The notes under the pieces are model-generated. The model ran no database searches. It was given only the letters and a program-made list of their open reading frames with translations, and had not been told where the DNA came from. 64,000 nt of DNA from Burkholderiales bacterium (GTDB taxonomy: Bacteria; Pseudomonadota; Gammaproteobacteria; Burkholderiales; SG8-39), in contig DASRFM010000055.1 in the NCBI GenBank assembly GCA_035651575.1, positions 3,687 through 67,686 of the forward strand. Direction: 5' to 3'. Position numbers and translations under genes: made by a program. Shown here in pieces: positions 54,060 through 62,275 of this stretch. How positions within the stretch are numbered: the first letter of the stretch is position 1; every line of letters starts with the position of its first letter.

Positions 54060-55091
54060 CTACTCGCGCTTCTTCTCGAAGCGCCTTCTCTCGAGCGCCT
54101 TCTTCTCCACGCTTTTCCTCTCGGGCGCTTTCTTCTGCAGCCGCTCGCGGCGTTCCTCGCGCTTCTTCTCGACGCGCTCGCGCAGCGGCGCCGCGCGCTC
54201 TGCTCTCTTTTGCACAGCCTCGGTCTTGGAGGGTGTCGGGGAACGAAGGTCGGGGCGGGCCGCTTTCTCTTGCAGGGCAGGTCTTTCCTGGAAGCGCCGA
54301 TCGAGCGAGGCCGCGGGGCGAAGGCGTGATTCCGGATGCTTCTGGATGAACTGGCGCCGGCTCTCGCGCTGCGTGTCGAGCGTGCGCACGCTCTCGCGGG
54401 CGCGCTGCACGAAGCGGTCTTCGTGCCGGCCGGGCTTGAAGAAGGCAGGCACCGACTGGAGCAGGCGCGGCGCCGCCTTCTGCGCGGCGTCGAAGTGCGC
54501 GGCGCGGTTCGGCGTCACCTCGACGGTGCCGAGGTCGGACTGCATCACGGTGCTGCCTTCGTTCACCTTGTCGTAGCTGCCCGGCTCGCCGCGCGGATCG
54601 CCGGGCAGGAGGTGCGTCGTCTCGTGGTCGGTGCCGCGCACGCCGATCGTCACCATGGGGGTGCGCACCTGGTAGTTCGAGCGCCGGTACTTGCCGATCC
54701 AGCCGGTCACGGCGCGCAGCGAGCCGCGCGCGAGGTCGAGCAGGCTCTGGTCGTCGTCGTCGCCGTTCGCGACGTACACGGTGATGGTGACCTTGCTGTT
54801 CTCGCGCACCGCGAGCTCGGCGCCGTCGGCCATCGAGACATGGACTTCCGCCGAGGCGAACGTCGTGATCGTGTCCGACTGGTAGACGGCGTCGCCCGGC
54901 TTCGCGATCCGCGCAGTGCCGCCCTGCGGCTCGACGAGCGCGTCGCCCTCGACGAAATCGAGCTTGCCGGCGGCCGGCCGGTCCTGCGCGAGGGCGCACG
55001 AGACGGCGAGCATTCCGGCGAGCAATGCCGCGGCCGCGCCCACCTTCCTCCCCGTGGAGTTATGGAAACCTGGCGGTGAAGATACGGGCAT
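54060..55091 (-). CDS. FecR-domain protein with a signal/anchor sequence and a long Lys/Arg/Glu-rich C-terminal tail
   Basis: 343-aa ORF. The core (GKLDFVEGDALV...GDAVYQSDTITT..., VRTPMVTIGVRGTDH) resembles the FecR/PF04773 fold. The last 70 aa or so are highly charged (ERVEKKREERRERLQKKAPERKSVEKKALERRRFEKKRE). The start is uncertain: ATG 55091 overlaps ndh by 32 nt, and GTG 55043 is the alternative. Confidence 0.65.
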   Translation of the reverse strand: MPVSSPPGFHNSTGRKVGAAAALLAGMLAVSCALAQDRPAAGKLDFVEGDALVEPQGGTARIAKPGDAVYQSDTITTFASAEVHVSMADGAELAVRENSKVTITVYVANGDDDDQSLLDLARGSLRAVTGWIGKYRRSNYQVRTPMVTIGVRGTDHETTHLLPGDPRGEPGSYDKVNEGSTVMQSDLGTVEVTPNRAAHFDAAQKAAPRLLQSVPAFFKPGRHEDRFVQRARESVRTLDTQRESRRQFIQKHPESRLRPAASLDRRFQERPALQEKAARPDLRSPTPSKTEAVQKRAERAAPLRERVEKKREERRERLQKKAPERKSVEKKALERRRFEKKRE

Positions 55092-56304
55092 ACCGGTTGT
55101 AGGTCCAGTACGACGAAGCCCAGTCGATCATCACCATGACGCGGTTGCGGAAGTTGATGAGGAAGTAGATGTGCGCGACCAGCCAGAGCAGCCACGCGGG
55201 GAACCCCGACAGCTTCAGCCTGCCGATCATGACCACCGCCGCGGCGCGCCCGATGGTCGCGAGCTGGCCGTAGTCGCGATAGCGGAAGGCCCGCGTCGGT
55301 TTTCCGTTCAGGGAAAGGAGCGCGTTCCTCGCCGCATGGCCGCCCATTTGCTTGGCGGCCGGGGCAATGCCCGGGACCGGCTTGCCCTCGCTCTTCACCG
55401 CGGCGAGGTCCCCGATCACGTAAATCTCCGGGTGCCCCGGGATGGAGAGGTCGGGCTCGACCTCGACGCGCCCCGCCTTGTCGAGCGGCGCGCCGAGGGC
55501 GCGGCCGAGGGGCGAGCTCGTCACGCCGGCGGCCCAGATCACGGTCTTCGCCTCGATGCGATCCGCGCCGAGCGTCACGCCGCGCGCGTCCACGCCGGTG
55601 ACCCTGCGGCCCGACCACACCGTGACGCCGAGCCGCTCGAGCTGCAGGCGCGCCTTTTCCGAGAGGTCCGGCGGGTAGGGCGGCAGCACGCGCTCGCCCG
55701 CCTCGATGAGCACGATGCGCGAGGTGCGCGGATCGAAGCGGCGGAACTCGTCCTTCAGCGTGTGACGCGCGATCTCGGCGAGCGTGCCGGCGAGCTCGAC
55801 GCCGGTCGCGCCGGCGCCGATCACGACGAAGGTGAGCCATGCTGCGCGCCGCGCGGCATCGGTCTCGCGCTCCGCGCGCTCGAAGGCGAGCAGGATGCGC
55901 GAGCGGATCTCGAAGGCGTCGTCGAGCGTCTTCAACCCCGGCGCGAAGGGCGCCCAGGCGTCGTGGCCGAAATAGCTGTGCGTCGCGCCGGTCGCCACGA
56001 TGAGCCGGTCGTAGGGCAGCGCCTCGCCGTCCTCCAGGCGCACGAGCCGGCGCGCGAGGTCCACGCCGACGGCCTCGCCGAGGAGGACGGTCGCGTTCTT
56101 CTGCGAGGCGAGGATGTGGCGGATGGGCGCAGTGATGGACGGCGCGGAGAGGCCCGCGGTCGCGACCTGGTAGAGAAGCGGCGAGAACAGGTGGTGGTTC
56201 GTCCGGTCGACGACCGTGACATTTGCCCGCGCCCGGCGCAGCGCCTGGGCGGCCCACAGTCCTCCGAAGCCGCAGCCCACGATGACGACGTTCGGGAGCG
56301 ACAT
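55060..56304 (-). CDS. ndh: Type II NADH:quinone oxidoreductase (NDH-2)
   Basis: The track ORF starts at TTG 56319; ATG 56304 (MSLPNVVIVGCGFGGLWAA) is preferred. A second dinucleotide fold VVIGAGATGVELAG and the GDLA block are present. Confidence 0.9.
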   Translation of the reverse strand: MSLPNVVIVGCGFGGLWAAQALRRARANVTVVDRTNHHLFSPLLYQVATAGLSAPSITAPIRHILASQKNATVLLGEAVGVDLARRLVRLEDGEALPYDRLIVATGATHSYFGHDAWAPFAPGLKTLDDAFEIRSRILLAFERAERETDAARRAAWLTFVVIGAGATGVELAGTLAEIARHTLKDEFRRFDPRTSRIVLIEAGERVLPPYPPDLSEKARLQLERLGVTVWSGRRVTGVDARGVTLGADRIEAKTVIWAAGVTSSPLGRALGAPLDKAGRVEVEPDLSIPGHPEIYVIGDLAAVKSEGKPVPGIAPAAKQMGGHAARNALLSLNGKPTRAFRYRDYGQLATIGRAAAVVMIGRLKLSGFPAWLLWLVAHIYFLINFRNRVMVMIDWASSYWTYNRYARIFTARFP

Positions 56305-56417
56305 GCGCCGATGATACAAGCTGTTACGCTTTTTACGCCGCCGCGGTCGTCTCGCCGCGGGAAAGGCGCGTTAATCCCTCTGCAAGCCTCATTTCAACGA
56401 ACGGAAAGGGAACGACC

Positions 56418-56999
56418 ATGAGATTCCGCATCAAGCTCATCGCCCTCGCGCTCGGCACTTTCGGCGCGGGCGCCGCCTTCGCGCAGGCCGGCACGGTGCA
56501 GCGCGACGTCAACCAGCAGCAGAGGATCGAGCAGGGCCTGCAGTCGGGCTCGCTCAACACGCGCGAGGCCGGGCGCCTCGAGCGCGAGGAGTCCCAGATC
56601 CAGCGCGACCAGTCGCGCGCCATGAAGGACGGCACGCTGTCCCCGGCCGAGAAGGCGCGCCTGCAGCGCGAGCAGAACCGCGCGAGCCGCGACATCAACC
56701 GCATGGAGAGCAACGCGGCGAAAGGCAACCCGAATTCCGCCTCCTCGCAGCGCATGCAGGCGGACGTGCAGCGCGACATCAACCAGCAGAGCCGCATCGA
56801 GCAGGGCGTGAAGTCCGGCCAGCTCACCAACCGCGAGACCGCGCGCCTCGAGCGCGGCCAGGCGCGCGACACGCGCGCCCAGGCCCGCGCCGCCGCCAAC
56901 GGCAAGGTCGGCGCCGCGGAGCAGGCGCGCATCCAGAAGGACGAGAACAAGCAGAGCCGGCGCATCTACCGCCAGAAGCACGACGAGCAGACCAAGTAA
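56418..56999 (+). CDS. Secreted Gln/Arg-rich protein built from an internal duplication (function unknown)
   Basis: 193-aa ORF. A signal peptide MRFRIKLIALALGTFGAGAAFAQA is followed by two homologous units of about 70 aa, starting VQRDVNQQQRIEQGLQSGSL and VQRDINQQSRIEQGVKSGQL. Confidence 0.75.
   Translation: MRFRIKLIALALGTFGAGAAFAQAGTVQRDVNQQQRIEQGLQSGSLNTREAGRLEREESQIQRDQSRAMKDGTLSPAEKARLQREQNRASRDINRMESNAAKGNPNSASSQRMQADVQRDINQQSRIEQGVKSGQLTNRETARLERGQARDTRAQARAAANGKVGAAEQARIQKDENKQSRRIYRQKHDEQTK
56496..56975 (+). repeat. Internal gene duplication: two 210-nt homologous units (56496-56705 and 56766-56975) separated by a 60-nt linker
   Basis: Both units open with GTGCAGCGCGAC(G/A)TCAACCAGCAG...ATCGAGCAGGGC...CGCGAG...CGCCTCGAGCGCG. 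Similarity is visible at both the nucleotide and protein levels. Confidence 0.7.
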
Positions 57000-57008
57000 C
57001 ATGGCGGG

Positions 57009-57419
57009 GTGAGCATCGACCTCTCGGCGATCCGGCCCGGCCTCTCGGGAGAGGCCGGGCTCGTCGTCGCCGAGGAGCACACCGCGCCGCGCGTGGGCAG
57101 CGGCACGATCCACGTCCTCGCCACGCCGGTGATGATCAACGTCATCGAGGCCGCGGCGCTCGCCGCGGTGGAGCGCCTTCTGCCCGCCGGCCACCAGAGC
57201 CTCGGCACGCTGCTCAACGTGCGCCATATCGCCGCGACGCCGGTCGGCATGCGCATCACGGCGCGCGCGGTGGTGCTGGAAGTCAGCGGACGCACGATCC
57301 GCTTCCAGGTCGAGGCGCGCGACGAGAGGGAGCTGATCGGCGACGGCACGCACGAGCGCGTGGTCGTCAACGTGGAGAAATTCGACCAGCGCGTCCAGCG
57401 CAAGATCAATTCGCCGTAA
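57009..57419 (+). CDS. Hotdog-fold thioesterase (fluoroacetyl-CoA thioesterase-like subgroup)
   Basis: 136-aa ORF from a GTG start. VVAEEHTAPRVGSGTIHVLATPVMINVIEAAA... and ...GTHERVVV are typical of this small thioesterase family. Confidence 0.7.
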   Translation: MSIDLSAIRPGLSGEAGLVVAEEHTAPRVGSGTIHVLATPVMINVIEAAALAAVERLLPAGHQSLGTLLNVRHIAATPVGMRITARAVVLEVSGRTIRFQVEARDERELIGDGTHERVVVNVEKFDQRVQRKINSP

Positions 57420-57521
57420 AAGGCTTGAATTGAGCACTGTTTCACGGGATGCGCGTGACCGAGTGCACAGCGGAGCGCTCGCGCCGGCTATGCCGTAACG
57501 CAACCGTGCGAATAATCGGTC

Positions 57522-57878
57522 ATGCACCGGATCCTGGTGGTGGACGACAACTTCGACGTCGCGCGGCAGTTCTACGTCGCGCTGCGCGGCGCGGGCCACG
57601 AGGCGGAGTTCGCCGTGAACGGCTACGCCGCGATCGAGGCCGCGCGCCGCCTGCGGCCCGACGTGGTGCTCCTCGACATCGGGCTTCCGGACTTCGACGG
57701 CTTCCAGCTTGCCCGCGTGCTGCGCGGGGTGCCCGGCCTCGAGCGCGCGCGCATCTTCGCCATCAGCGGCCGCGGCAAGGCCGAGGACCGCTGGCGCGCG
57801 CTGCAGGCGGGCTGCGAGGATTTCATGCTGAAGCCGGTCGATCCCGAGCAGATCGAGCGCCTGATAGCACTGGGGTAG
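57522..57878 (+). CDS. Single-domain response regulator (REC only)
   Basis: 118-aa ORF. ILVVDDN, the phospho-acceptor context VVLLDIGLPDFDG, and conserved Lys in DFMLKP. Confidence 0.85.
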   Translation: MHRILVVDDNFDVARQFYVALRGAGHEAEFAVNGYAAIEAARRLRPDVVLLDIGLPDFDGFQLARVLRGVPGLERARIFAISGRGKAEDRWRALQAGCEDFMLKPVDPEQIERLIALG

Positions 57879-57931
57879 CCCTCCGCCCGGAGCATTGGCC
57901 GGGCACGGCGAGTGCTGTATTGGTGGGCAAC

Positions 57932-58264
57932 ATGCGACGCGCTCTCCTTGCCGGTTTTCTCCTCGCCGCAGCCGCTCAGGCGTTCGGCCAGAGCACGCTC
58001 GAGGAGCAGCGCCGTCTCGACGCGGAGCGGCGCACGCTCGACGCGGAGCGCCGGGCGGTGGAGGCCGAGAAGCGCGAGGTGGAGGCCGAGCGGCGCGCGA
58101 ACCAGGCGAGCCAGGGGGCGTCGCGGCCGAGCGGGGCGCAGCAGGCCTGCCAGGCCGCCACGGCGAGCTACCAGATCAACTGCTCGCGCCCTTCGGGCGA
58201 TCCGCTCTGGGACACGCCGCAGTGCGCCGACGCGCGCAAGCTGATGCTGGAGAAGTGCGGCTGA
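57932..58264 (+). CDS. Small secreted protein with a charged heptad-repeat segment and a Cys-containing C-terminus (function unknown)
   Basis: Internal ATG at 57932 of track ORF 57449..58264. A signal peptide MRRALLAGFLLAAAAQAFGQ is followed by LDAERRT LDAERRA VEAEKRE VEAERRA and then a 4-Cys tail. Confidence 0.6.
   Translation: MRRALLAGFLLAAAAQAFGQSTLEEQRRLDAERRTLDAERRAVEAEKREVEAERRANQASQGASRPSGAQQACQAATASYQINCSRPSGDPLWDTPQCADARKLMLEKCG
58016..58099 (+). repeat. Four tandem 21-bp (7-codon) repeats inside the small secreted protein gene
   Basis: CTCGACGCGGAGCGGCGCACG / CTCGACGCGGAGCGCCGGGCG / GTGGAGGCCGAGAAGCGCGAG / GTGGAGGCCGAGCGGCGCGCG, read directly from 58016-58099. Confidence 0.8.
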
Positions 58265-58274
58265 CCCGCGTCCG

Positions 58275-58931
58275 CTAGTAGGGGCGGACGCCGAAAAGCC
58301 AGGGGTGGAGGTGGAAGAAGCCGATGAAGAGCACGAGCCCGGTGAGCGGCCGCATCCAGCCGATCTCGTCCCAGGCGATGCGGTTGCGCCCCTGCGCGAT
58401 CGCCACGAGCGGGACGTTGGAGGTCACGGCCGCGAAGCGCGGCCAGTCCGGGTTGGCCTGCTTGCGCCGGTCGATGGTCAGCGTGCCGAGCGCGGCGACG
58501 AGGAAGAAGGTGCCGAAGAAGACGAGCGACTTCAGGTCGCCGCGCGCGAGGACGTGCGCGGCCGACCACAGCACGATCGCCCACATGATCGGATGGCGCG
58601 TGATGCGGATCATGCCGCGTGCGGGTTCGGAGCTCTTCAGCAGCCGCTCGCCGCCGATCGCGGTCGGGTTGAGGCGGTAGCCGCAGGCGAGCAGGACAAA
58701 GGCGAAGGGCATCACGAGCGAGGGCACGTGCCGCAGCCCGGGCCAGAGCGGCTCGCGCGGCGCCTCGGCGTAGGCCCAGATCATCCAGCCGAGCGTGGCG
58801 AACGCGACGATCGAGTACAGGCCGCGCCAGGGCCATTCGCCGATCGCGGCCGCGAGGCGCGGGCGCAGCGGGGTGCTCGTCACGAAGTGCGTGGCGAGGA
58901 ACGCGAAGCTCGCGAGGAGGAGCGCGGTCAT
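58275..58931 (-). CDS. NnrU-family membrane protein
   Basis: 218-aa ORF with multiple TM helices and the GMIRITRHPIMWA block typical of NnrU. Confidence 0.75.
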   Translation of the reverse strand: MTALLLASFAFLATHFVTSTPLRPRLAAAIGEWPWRGLYSIVAFATLGWMIWAYAEAPREPLWPGLRHVPSLVMPFAFVLLACGYRLNPTAIGGERLLKSSEPARGMIRITRHPIMWAIVLWSAAHVLARGDLKSLVFFGTFFLVAALGTLTIDRRKQANPDWPRFAAVTSNVPLVAIAQGRNRIAWDEIGWMRPLTGLVLFIGFFHLHPWLFGVRPY

Positions 58932-58944
58932 GCAGCGAGCGCCG

Positions 58945-61413
58945 TCATGCGGCCAGGGCCTTGGTGACGATCTCCGCCACGTCTTTCGTCAGGCCCTCGT
59001 GGTCGCGGATGCGCTCAAGCGCGGCGCGCGCATGCGCCTTCCTTTCCTCGTCGAACTTCCTCCAGCGGTCGAAGCCGCGCGCCATCCGCGCGGCGACCTG
59101 GGGGTTGAGGGCGTTGAGGCGCAGCACCTGGTCGGCGAGGAAGGCATAGCCCGAGCCGTCCGCGGCGTGGAAGCGCACGTGGTTGGCGGCGAACGCGCGG
59201 ATGAGCGCGTAGACCTTGTTCGGCACCTTGATGTCGAACGCCGGGTGCTCGAGGAGCTGCGTCACGCGGGCGAGCGTCCCGGGCAGGCGCGAGCTCGCCT
59301 GTACTGCGAGCCACTTGTCCACGACGAGAGGCTCGTCCTTCCACTTGCCATAGAACTCGTCCAGGGCTTTCTCGCGCTCCGGGCAGTCGAGGTTGGCGAG
59401 CGCCGCGAGCGCCGCCATCGCGTCCGTCATGTTGTCCGCGCCGCGGAACTGCTCGTAGCAGAGCGCGCTCATGCCGAGCTCCGAGAGGTACGACAGGCAC
59501 AGGTTGCGCAGCGCCCGCTTGCCGGCGGACACGGCGTCCGGCGAGTACGGCCCGGAGGGCTTTTCGCTCTGGTATTTTTCGAGCAGCTCGCCCTTCAAGC
59601 CCTCTGCGAGCGCGCGGCGCAGCCGGTTGCGCGACCGGTGGAGAAGCTCGGGGTCCACGATCTCCATCTGCTCGGCGAGAAACGTCTCGGAAGGCAGGGC
59701 GAGCGCCTCGGCGGCGAAGGCGGGGTCGCGGTCGCCGAGCAGGTTCTTCGCCGCCGCCAGGAACGCGGGCGAGGGCGCGCCGGCGTTCTTCAGGATGACA
59801 TCGGCCGCCAGCCGCTGTCCGGCCTCCCAGCGGTTGAACGGATCGTCGTCGTGCGCCATGAGGTGCAGCAGCTCGGCGTCGGTGTACGGATAGTTGAGGA
59901 TCACCGGCGCCGAGAAGCGGCGCAGGAGCGAGGGCACGGGCTTTTCCTTCAGGCCCCTGAACACGAACTGCTCGTCGCTTTTCTTCAGCGACAACACCTC
60001 TTCCCGCGCTCCGATCTTCACCGCGAACGGAATGTGGAAGGGCGGGTTCATGCTCTGGCGCACCTCGAGCGTGTACGTGCCGTTCTCGAAGCGTCCGGTG
60101 CAATCCAGCACCGGCGTCCCGGGGACGTCGTACCAGCGCCTGAACTGCGCGAGGTCGATGCCCGAGGCGTCCTGCATCGCCTGGACGAAGTCGTCGCAGG
60201 TCACCGCCTGGCCGTCGTGGCGCTCGAAGTAGAGGCGCATGCCGGCCTGGAACTTCTCCTCGCCGAGGAGCGTGTGCTGCATGCGCACGACCTCGGCGCC
60301 CTTCTCGTACACCGTCATGGTGTAGAAGTTGCGGATCTCCATGTAGGACTGCGGGCGCACGGGGTGCTTCATCGGCCCGGCGTCCTCGGGAAACTGCGCC
60401 GCGCGCAGGCCGCGCACCTCCTGGATGCGCGTGACGCCGCGGGAGTAGGTATCGGCGCCGTATTCCTGGTCGCGGAAGACGGTGAGCCCCTCCTTGAGGG
60501 AGAGCTGGAACCAGTCGCGGCAGGTGACGCGGTCGCCGGTCCAGTTGTGGAAGTACTCGTGCGCCACCACGCGGTCGATGTTCAGGTAGTCCACATCGGT
60601 CGCGGTGTCGGCGCGCGCGAGGATGTATTTCGTGTTGAAGATGTTGAGGCCCTTGTTCTCCATTGCGCCGGAATTGAAGTCGCCGACCGCGACGATCTTG
60701 TACTCGTCGAGGTCGAGCTTCAGGCCGAAGCGCCTCTCGTCCCAGGCGATGGCGCGCTTGAGGCAGTCCATCGCCCAGCCGGCCTGGTCGAGCTTGCCGG
60801 GCTCGACGTAGATGCTCAGCGTCTTGCCGTCGTGTTTTTCCGTCAGGACATCGAGCTTCGCCGCGACGAGGGCGAAGAGATAGGAGGGCTTGGGAAACGG
60901 GTCCTCGAAGCGCGCCCAGCCGGGGCCTGAGGCGACGAGGTTGCCGTTCGAGAGCAGGACCGGATATCTGTCCGGATCGGCGCGCACCGTCGTGGTGTAG
61001 CGCGCCATGACGTCGGGCCGGTCGATCATCCAGGTGATGCGGCGGAAGCCCTCGGCCTCGCACTGCGTGACGAAGCCGTTCTTCGTCGCGTAGAGACCCT
61101 CGAGCTTGGTGTTCTTCTGGGGAACGATGCGCGTGACGGTCTCGAGCGTGAAGCGCTCCGGCGCCTCCGGGATGGTGAGCTTCTCGGGCGTGACCGAATG
61201 CGGCGGCTCCTTCCCGTCCAGCAGGACCGACTGCAGCTCCAGCTCGTCGCCGTTCAGCACGAGAGGCCCGGGCCGGTTGCGGCGGATCGCGAGCTTCGCC
61301 CGGACGAGCGCGTCCTCGTCGCGGATGCGGACGTCGAGCTCGATCGTGTCGACGAAGAACGCGGGCGGGGTGTAGTCCTTCAGGTAGATGGTGACGGGCT
61401 GGGGCTCTCTCAT
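58945..61413 (-). CDS. pepN: Aminopeptidase N (M1 family)
   Basis: 822-aa ORF that is collinear by eye with E. coli PepN. It has the GAMEN motif (SGAMENKGLNIF), zinc motif HEYFHNWTGDRVTCRDWFQLSLKEG, and the C-terminal PepN-specific domain. It is about 50 aa shorter than E. coli PepN through several short loop deletions. Confidence 0.95.
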   Translation of the reverse strand: MREPQPVTIYLKDYTPPAFFVDTIELDVRIRDEDALVRAKLAIRRNRPGPLVLNGDELELQSVLLDGKEPPHSVTPEKLTIPEAPERFTLETVTRIVPQKNTKLEGLYATKNGFVTQCEAEGFRRITWMIDRPDVMARYTTTVRADPDRYPVLLSNGNLVASGPGWARFEDPFPKPSYLFALVAAKLDVLTEKHDGKTLSIYVEPGKLDQAGWAMDCLKRAIAWDERRFGLKLDLDEYKIVAVGDFNSGAMENKGLNIFNTKYILARADTATDVDYLNIDRVVAHEYFHNWTGDRVTCRDWFQLSLKEGLTVFRDQEYGADTYSRGVTRIQEVRGLRAAQFPEDAGPMKHPVRPQSYMEIRNFYTMTVYEKGAEVVRMQHTLLGEEKFQAGMRLYFERHDGQAVTCDDFVQAMQDASGIDLAQFRRWYDVPGTPVLDCTGRFENGTYTLEVRQSMNPPFHIPFAVKIGAREEVLSLKKSDEQFVFRGLKEKPVPSLLRRFSAPVILNYPYTDAELLHLMAHDDDPFNRWEAGQRLAADVILKNAGAPSPAFLAAAKNLLGDRDPAFAAEALALPSETFLAEQMEIVDPELLHRSRNRLRRALAEGLKGELLEKYQSEKPSGPYSPDAVSAGKRALRNLCLSYLSELGMSALCYEQFRGADNMTDAMAALAALANLDCPEREKALDEFYGKWKDEPLVVDKWLAVQASSRLPGTLARVTQLLEHPAFDIKVPNKVYALIRAFAANHVRFHAADGSGYAFLADQVLRLNALNPQVAARMARGFDRWRKFDEERKAHARAALERIRDHEGLTKDVAEIVTKALAA

Positions 61414-61424
61414 GGGGATTTCAC

Positions 61425-61727
61425 TTATGCGTTGACGCCGGGCCGGCGCACCTTCAGGCGGCGCACCTTGGCGCCGATGCGCTCCTCCTCCGCTTGGAGG
61501 TCGTAGCGCACCTGGAGGTTCATCCAGAACTGCGGCGTGGTGCGGAAATAGTGCGCGAGGCGCAGCGCCGTGTCGGCGGAGATGCCGCGCAGCCCGTGCA
61601 CGATCTCGTTGATCCGGCGCGGCGGCACGCCGATGTCCACGGCGAGCCGGTACTGGCTCACGCCGAGGCCCTCGAGGAAGTCCTTGCGCAGCACCTGCCC
61701 GGGATGGACAGGCTTGGGTCGGGTCAC
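61425..61727 (-). CDS. higA: HigA-family antitoxin-like XRE/HTH protein, with no adjacent toxin gene
   Basis: 100-aa ORF from a GTG start. MTRPKPVHPGQVLRKDFLEGLGVSQYRLAVDIGVPPRRINEIVHGLRGISADTALRLAHYFRTTPQFWMNLQ aligns by eye with E. coli HigA. Confidence 0.85.
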   Translation of the reverse strand: MTRPKPVHPGQVLRKDFLEGLGVSQYRLAVDIGVPPRRINEIVHGLRGISADTALRLAHYFRTTPQFWMNLQVRYDLQAEEERIGAKVRRLKVRRPGVNA

Positions 61728-61734
61728 CCGCCGA

Positions 61735-61763
61735 TATTAACGCTTCACGTTAATAACGGTCAA
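61735..61763 (-). promoter_or_regulatory. Sigma-70-type promoter of higA with a palindromic operator in the spacer; implies a leaderless or near-leaderless mRNA
   Basis: The minus strand reads TTGACC (61763-61758), a 17-nt spacer, TTAATA (61740-35), 7 nt, then the GTG start (61727). The spacer contains the perfect inverted repeat TTAACG-5nt-CGTTAA (61737-61753). Confidence 0.5.
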
Positions 61764-61834
61764 TCGTTGTGCACGCCGCGCGGGTAATGCCCCAGCGGTG
61801 TGCACTGAATGCACGTTTTTGCGCCCAAAGCGCA

Positions 61835-61849
61835 TGGCATGCGACTTGC
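61835..61849 (+). promoter_or_regulatory. Sigma-54 (-24/-12)-like promoter element upstream of the globin-cobA-nirB operon
   Basis: TGGCATGCGACTTGC matches the TGGCAC-N5-TTGC consensus at 9 of its 10 fixed positions, with exact GG/GC spacing. However, it ends only 12 nt before the globin ATG (61862), so the predicted transcription start would fall on or next to the start codon. Confidence 0.35.
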
Positions 61850-61861
61850 GAAACGGAGCGC

Positions 61862-62275
61862 ATGACGCTCACGCCGGCACAAGTCGAGCTCCTGCAGCAG
61901 ACCTGGCGCAGCGTGCTGCCGGTGGGCGACACCGCGGCCGAGCTCTTCTACGGCAAGCTCTTCAGCCTCGACCCGACGCTGCGGCGGCTTTTCAAGAACG
62001 ACATGCGGGAGCAGGGCCGCAATCTCACCGCGATGGTCAGCGTCGCGGTCGGCGGGCTCGCGCGCCCGGAGCGCATCGAGCGCGCGGTCCGGCAGCTCGG
62101 CCGCCGGCACGCCGCCTACGGCGTCGAGCAGGCGCACTACGAGGTCGTCGGCGCCGCGCTTCTCTGGGCGCTGGAAAAGACGCTGGGCGAAGCGTTCACG
62201 CCCGAGGCGAGGCAGGCCTGGGCCCGCGCCTACGAGCTGCTCTCCGGGATGATGCGCGAGGCCTGCGTCTCTTGA
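61862..62275 (+). CDS. Single-domain bacterial hemoglobin (Vitreoscilla Hb-like 3-on-3 globin, no reductase domain)
   Basis: Internal ATG at 61862 of track ORF 61769..62275. The 137-aa product is collinear by eye with VHb: Tyr-B10 context (ELFYGKLF), Gln-E7 context (EQGRNLTAMV), and proximal His in LGRRHAAYGVEQAHYEVVG. Confidence 0.8.
   Translation: MTLTPAQVELLQQTWRSVLPVGDTAAELFYGKLFSLDPTLRRLFKNDMREQGRNLTAMVSVAVGGLARPERIERAVRQLGRRHAAYGVEQAHYEVVGAALLWALEKTLGEAFTPEARQAWARAYELLSGMMREACVS

Noticed and set aside
54060-54330. Repetitive-looking GC/CT-rich DNA at the 3' end of the FecR-domain gene, considered as a tandem repeat or CRISPR-like array
   Set aside because: There are no regularly spaced identical repeats. 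The periodicity comes from reiterated Lys/Arg/Glu codons in a charged tail.
61790-61835. Possible NsrR or FNR/NNR binding sites in front of the globin gene
   Set aside because: Inverted repeats are present, but none matches the TTGAT-N4-ATCAA (FNR) consensus or the AT-rich NsrR consensus that I know. They are reported only as unassigned palindromes.
61750-61932. 60-aa minus-strand ORF upstream of higA, considered as a possible HigB toxin
   Set aside because: Its sequence (Cys/Ser/Thr/Arg-rich) has no RelE/HigB features. It overlaps the higA promoter and the globin gene start, and it would not be in the usual toxin-antitoxin arrangement.
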